A stretch of 64,000 bases of DNA from an uncultured Acidobacteriota bacterium (GTDB lineage: Bacteria; Acidobacteriota; Terriglobia; UBA7540), in contig CAWDSK010000001.1 in the NCBI GenBank assembly GCA_963804995.1, positions 64,001-128,000 of the forward strand, in the 5' to 3' direction. A program made the position numbers and the translations under genes. Shown here in pieces: positions 61,975 through 64,000 of the stretch; position 1 is the first letter of the stretch; the number at the start of each line of letters is the position of its first letter. Below the pieces are notes generated by a model, which did not search any database, was not told where the DNA came from, and worked only from the letters and a program-made list of their open reading frames with translations.

Positions 61975-62784
61975 TTACGGCGCGGAGAAAATGACCTTCT
62001 CATTGGGGTCCAGGAAGGCCAAGACGGGGCCGGACGGATTCGCCGCCAGCCCGGCTCGAATCTTCCCTTCGGCATCGTAGAAACCCAGGGCTGGCCCGTC
62101 AGCTGTCACGGCAAGCCCTGCTCGTCTCTTCTCGTTCGCATCGTAAAGAGCAAAGACAGGTCCCAGCTCCTCGAGTCCCAAGGCCAGCCGTGCTTTACCG
62201 TTTGCGTCACGGATGCGGAGGGTAGGTTCTTCCCCTTGCAGGCTGAGTCGGACTCGCCCCTCACCTTTCTCGTCGAACAAGGTGAGGTTCATGCCCGCTG
62301 CCGAAGCGCAGAGTTCCACGCGTTGTTGGGCCCGAACTCCTTGCACGATAAGTCCGCTCAAATCCTTCGTCGCGTACAGCCAGGATTGTGACCTTCCGTT
62401 CGCATCGAAGAGGATGACGGCAGGTCCATTCGAGCCCAGTCCGATAGCTAATCTTCTTTTTCCCTCCGTGTCAAAGAAACTCAAACTCGGCCCACTTGGG
62501 GTCATGCCGAGAACGGCGCCGGTTCTTCCCCTTTCGTCCTTGAGGACGAGTTTCTCCGCCTCCACAACCCGGGGCGATTTCCCAACCGCCATCATCAGAA
62601 AACCCCCAGCGAGCACCGAAAAGACGAGAATCACCTCCCTGGCGAGAATCCCTTTCGTCACCCAGGGCACGTTGGCCATCAGCAGGACAGCCAGGCAGAT
62701 CGCCGTCACAAGGCAGATTCTTTTCCCTGCCACATTCGCGAGCAGTGCTTTAATCGTCTCTTGACCGGCTTTCAGTTGTGTCAT
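61975..62784 (-). CDS. Hypothetical membrane-anchored protein with tandem LxxxDxxGxxR beta repeats
   Basis: AGGAG RBS; two N-terminal TM segments, then about 8 repeats such as LSFFDTEGKRRLAIGL and LGFYDAEGKIRAGL. Confidence 0.7.
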   Translation of the reverse strand: MTQLKAGQETIKALLANVAGKRICLVTAICLAVLLMANVPWVTKGILAREVILVFSVLAGGFLMMAVGKSPRVVEAEKLVLKDERGRTGAVLGMTPSGPSLSFFDTEGKRRLAIGLGSNGPAVILFDANGRSQSWLYATKDLSGLIVQGVRAQQRVELCASAAGMNLTLFDEKGEGRVRLSLQGEEPTLRIRDANGKARLALGLEELGPVFALYDANEKRRAGLAVTADGPALGFYDAEGKIRAGLAANPSGPVLAFLDPNEKVIFSAP

Positions 62785-62863
62785 ATGGGCTCCTACGCCT
62801 GGGGCTAGAAAGATGAGCTGACCGGGATTTTGTACCACCGCAAGTGAGAGAGTCTACATCATT

Positions 62864-63279
62864 TGAGTGGTCTGGGTTTTTTGTACCACTTTCAGAGTGA
62901 GTTTTCGGCTCCTTCGGGGCCTGTCAGGTTGCGGCTAGCCGCGACCTGACAGGCGAATTCGGTCGGCGTCCGCTCTCCGAGAGCCCGGTGAGGACGGCTC
63001 TCATTGTACTCCCTCCTCCAAGCCTCGATGATCGCTTTGGCCTCACTCAGCGTCATGAACCAATGGGCGTTCAGGCATTCCCGTCGAAAGGTGCCGTTGA
63101 AGGATTCCACGTGGGCATTGTCGGTGAGCTTGCCCGGCCTGGAAAAGTCGATCCGCACGCCGCTCTGATATGCCCACAAGTCCATCGCCTGACTGGAAAA
63201 TTCGCAGCCGTTGTCGCAGAACAGCAGCTTCGGCGCTCCCCGTTGCGCCTGGATCCGGTTCAACACCCTTACGACGGCC
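62864..63279 (-). pseudogene. IS3-family transposase 3' remnant with its terminal repeat
   Basis: CDNGCEF, FSRPGK.TDNAHVESFNG..RRECLN, WRREYNESRPH; end motif TGAG...TTTTGTACCAC at 62864; cut at 63280 by the next IS. Confidence 0.85.
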
Positions 63280-63795
63280 TGTCCGTGGCGGATTGCTAAT
63301 TTGCCTGGAATTCCGCGAATTTTCAGTTTCTTGCTACGATACGGATATGCGCGATCTCGTGATCCTTTTCATCCATCTCATCACGACCGTCGCCCGACTT
63401 GCAAGTCCCGGCGGCGTCCGTTCCGTAGTTGCCGAGTCCGTCCTCGTCAAACATCAACTGCTGATCCTCAATCGCTCGCGCCAGCGCGCTCCCCATCTCC
63501 GCCTATCGGATCGCACCGTCGCCGGTTGGTGCGCTCTGTTTATGCGGCCGTCCCGGCTGATCCGTTCGGCCATCGTTCTGAAACCTTCGACTCTCTTGAG
63601 CCTCCAGCAGGCCCTGAGGAACCGAAAGTATCGCCGGCTCTTCTCATCCGAGCGCAAGGGAAGGCCCGGCCCAAAAGGACCCAACAAAGAACTCATTGAA
63701 GCCGTTGTCCAAATGAAGCAGCGCAATCCCACCTGGGGCTGTCCGCGAATTGCTCAACAGATTGCCTGGGCCTTCGACATCCCCATCGACAAAGA
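63280..63795 (+). mobile_element. IS481-like element copy 2, 3'-truncated (transposase from ATG 63347)
   Basis: Begins TGTCCGTGGCGGATT; nearly identical to 6491-7005; identity stops abruptly at 63796. Confidence 0.88.
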
Positions 63796-64000
63796 GGTTG
63801 TGTCAAGAATTTTTGTCCCCTAAGGCGATAACCCATTGAATTGCTGGGAGAAACTGGATTTTCTGCTTTCTCCCCCCTCCGGGTGCGCTTGACTAGGACG
63901 TTGGCGTGAGGTGCGGTCGGGTTGCCGCGCTTAAGTTCCTGGACGTAACTGCGTCGTGGGGCTTGACGGCAAACAAAAAGGGCGGTGAAGTCTCTCTTTC

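Overview
About 64 kb of moderately GC-rich bacterial DNA; the gene style suggests Acidobacteriota/Terriglobia (inference, not verified). The core (about 8-58.6 kb) is a large exopolysaccharide (EPS) plus PEP-CTERM/exosortase locus. Its regulatory and surface part has a soluble histidine kinase, three sigma-54 enhancer-binding paralogues (one complete, one without a receiver domain, one without the GAFTGA loop), two PEP-CTERM proteins (one with a DUF3494 ice-binding-like domain) and a frameshifted PrsT-like TPR protein. Its biosynthetic part has Wza/beta-barrel/Wzc/ATPase/BY-kinase export genes, a UpxY/NusG-type antiterminator, a priming sugar transferase with a degenerate GGDEF-like N-terminus, amino-sugar genes, many glycosyltransferases and decorating enzymes, a flippase, an exosortase and VanZ. 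Both flanks hold mobile-element debris: ISKra4 and IS4 copies with target-site duplications (TSDs), IS481-like and IS3 remnants, a decayed AbiE toxin-antitoxin pair and a 5' half tRNA att scar. Most notable: (1) a 2.6-kb large serine recombinase element whose first gene would gain its RBS and start codon only after circularisation; (2) a group II intron whose EBS1 pairs with the terminal repeat of a ~95-bp MITE it has invaded; (3) a candidate c-di-GMP-sensing priming glycosyltransferase; (4) a sigma-54 regulon with a shared GCA-N6-TGC enhancer motif. All calls come from reading the sequence and ORF track; no database searches were run.
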